Origin: Sphyrna mokarran
Lineage: Eukaryota
Assembly: GCA_024679065.1 (NCBI GenBank)
Contig: JAGIQG010000013.1
Location: 35,216,001 to 35,280,000, forward strand
Direction: 5' to 3'
DNA: 64,000 bases
The notes under the pieces: model-generated
What the model was told of the DNA's origin: nothing
Database searches by the model: none
What the model saw: only the letters and a program-made list of their open reading frames with translations
Translations under genes and position numbers: made by a program
In this document: piece by piece, positions 63,521-64,000 of the stretch
Layout of the letters: each line of letters begins with the position of its first letter
How positions within the stretch are numbered: position 1 is the first letter of the stretch

Positions 63521-64000
63521 TCATAATTACATCTTGCCCAAAATCCATGGAATGTAATATTTGCTGGTGTGTAAAATGAACAGCTTATTCAACCGCTTTC
63601 CTTTCTCACGACGCAGCCAAAGTTAAATGCAGCTCTGACTGGTACAATTCTTTGAAAGTGCTACATGAAGTGAAAGGTTTGAACACAAAAAATTCTCACT
63701 CTAAGACAAAACTGTCAAACGAGAGAAGAATTAAAGAGAAAGAAAGTACAGCACTGTTGGGGCCAAACAGGCTGTGAGCAATGCCACTGCAAATCAAAAG
63801 AGTTATAAAAATATCTAAACTTACAATGGCATGTGCTATACCTACACAGATCTCAGTTCGTTACTAAATAAAATAGAATGATTACTTTCCTCAACAGACA
63901 TCAACACATTAGAGCAAGCTGGTAATAACTAGAGTAAAACTCATTGTTGGGAAAGGGATGTAACAGCAGGTGTCCAAATGCAGCATTACCCTGTTGTACG

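Overview
Vertebrate genomic DNA, most likely from a cartilaginous fish (shark), inferred from its repeat content: HE1-type V-SINEs, Deu-domain SINEs, CR1/HER1-like, L2 and Rex1 LINEs. The only host gene I can support is IGSF3 (EWI family) on the minus strand. Four phase-1 exons encode consecutive Ig domains (46181-46588, 43651-44040, 37031-37432, 34684-35085). No upstream or downstream exons are visible, so the rest of the window is probably intronic and is dense in transposable elements. The most notable signals are: (i) a family of tiny Penelope-derived insertions with target-site duplications, inverted arms and minimal hammerhead-ribozyme motifs whose stems covary between copies; (ii) a tRNA-Val 5' half fused directly to a 5'-truncated CR1 LINE that also carries a snap-back templated insertion; (iii) a CR1 subfamily with a V-SINE core domain in its 3' UTR (two copies); (iv) a 3'-truncated U2 snRNA retrocopy; (v) three decayed two-gene Harbinger elements (Myb/SANT plus transposase) and their MITEs; (vi) a perfect ERE palindrome overlapping an E-box in unique sequence. 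Repeat boundaries are approximate unless a TSD or TIR is quoted. Family assignments rest on recalled motifs, not database searches.
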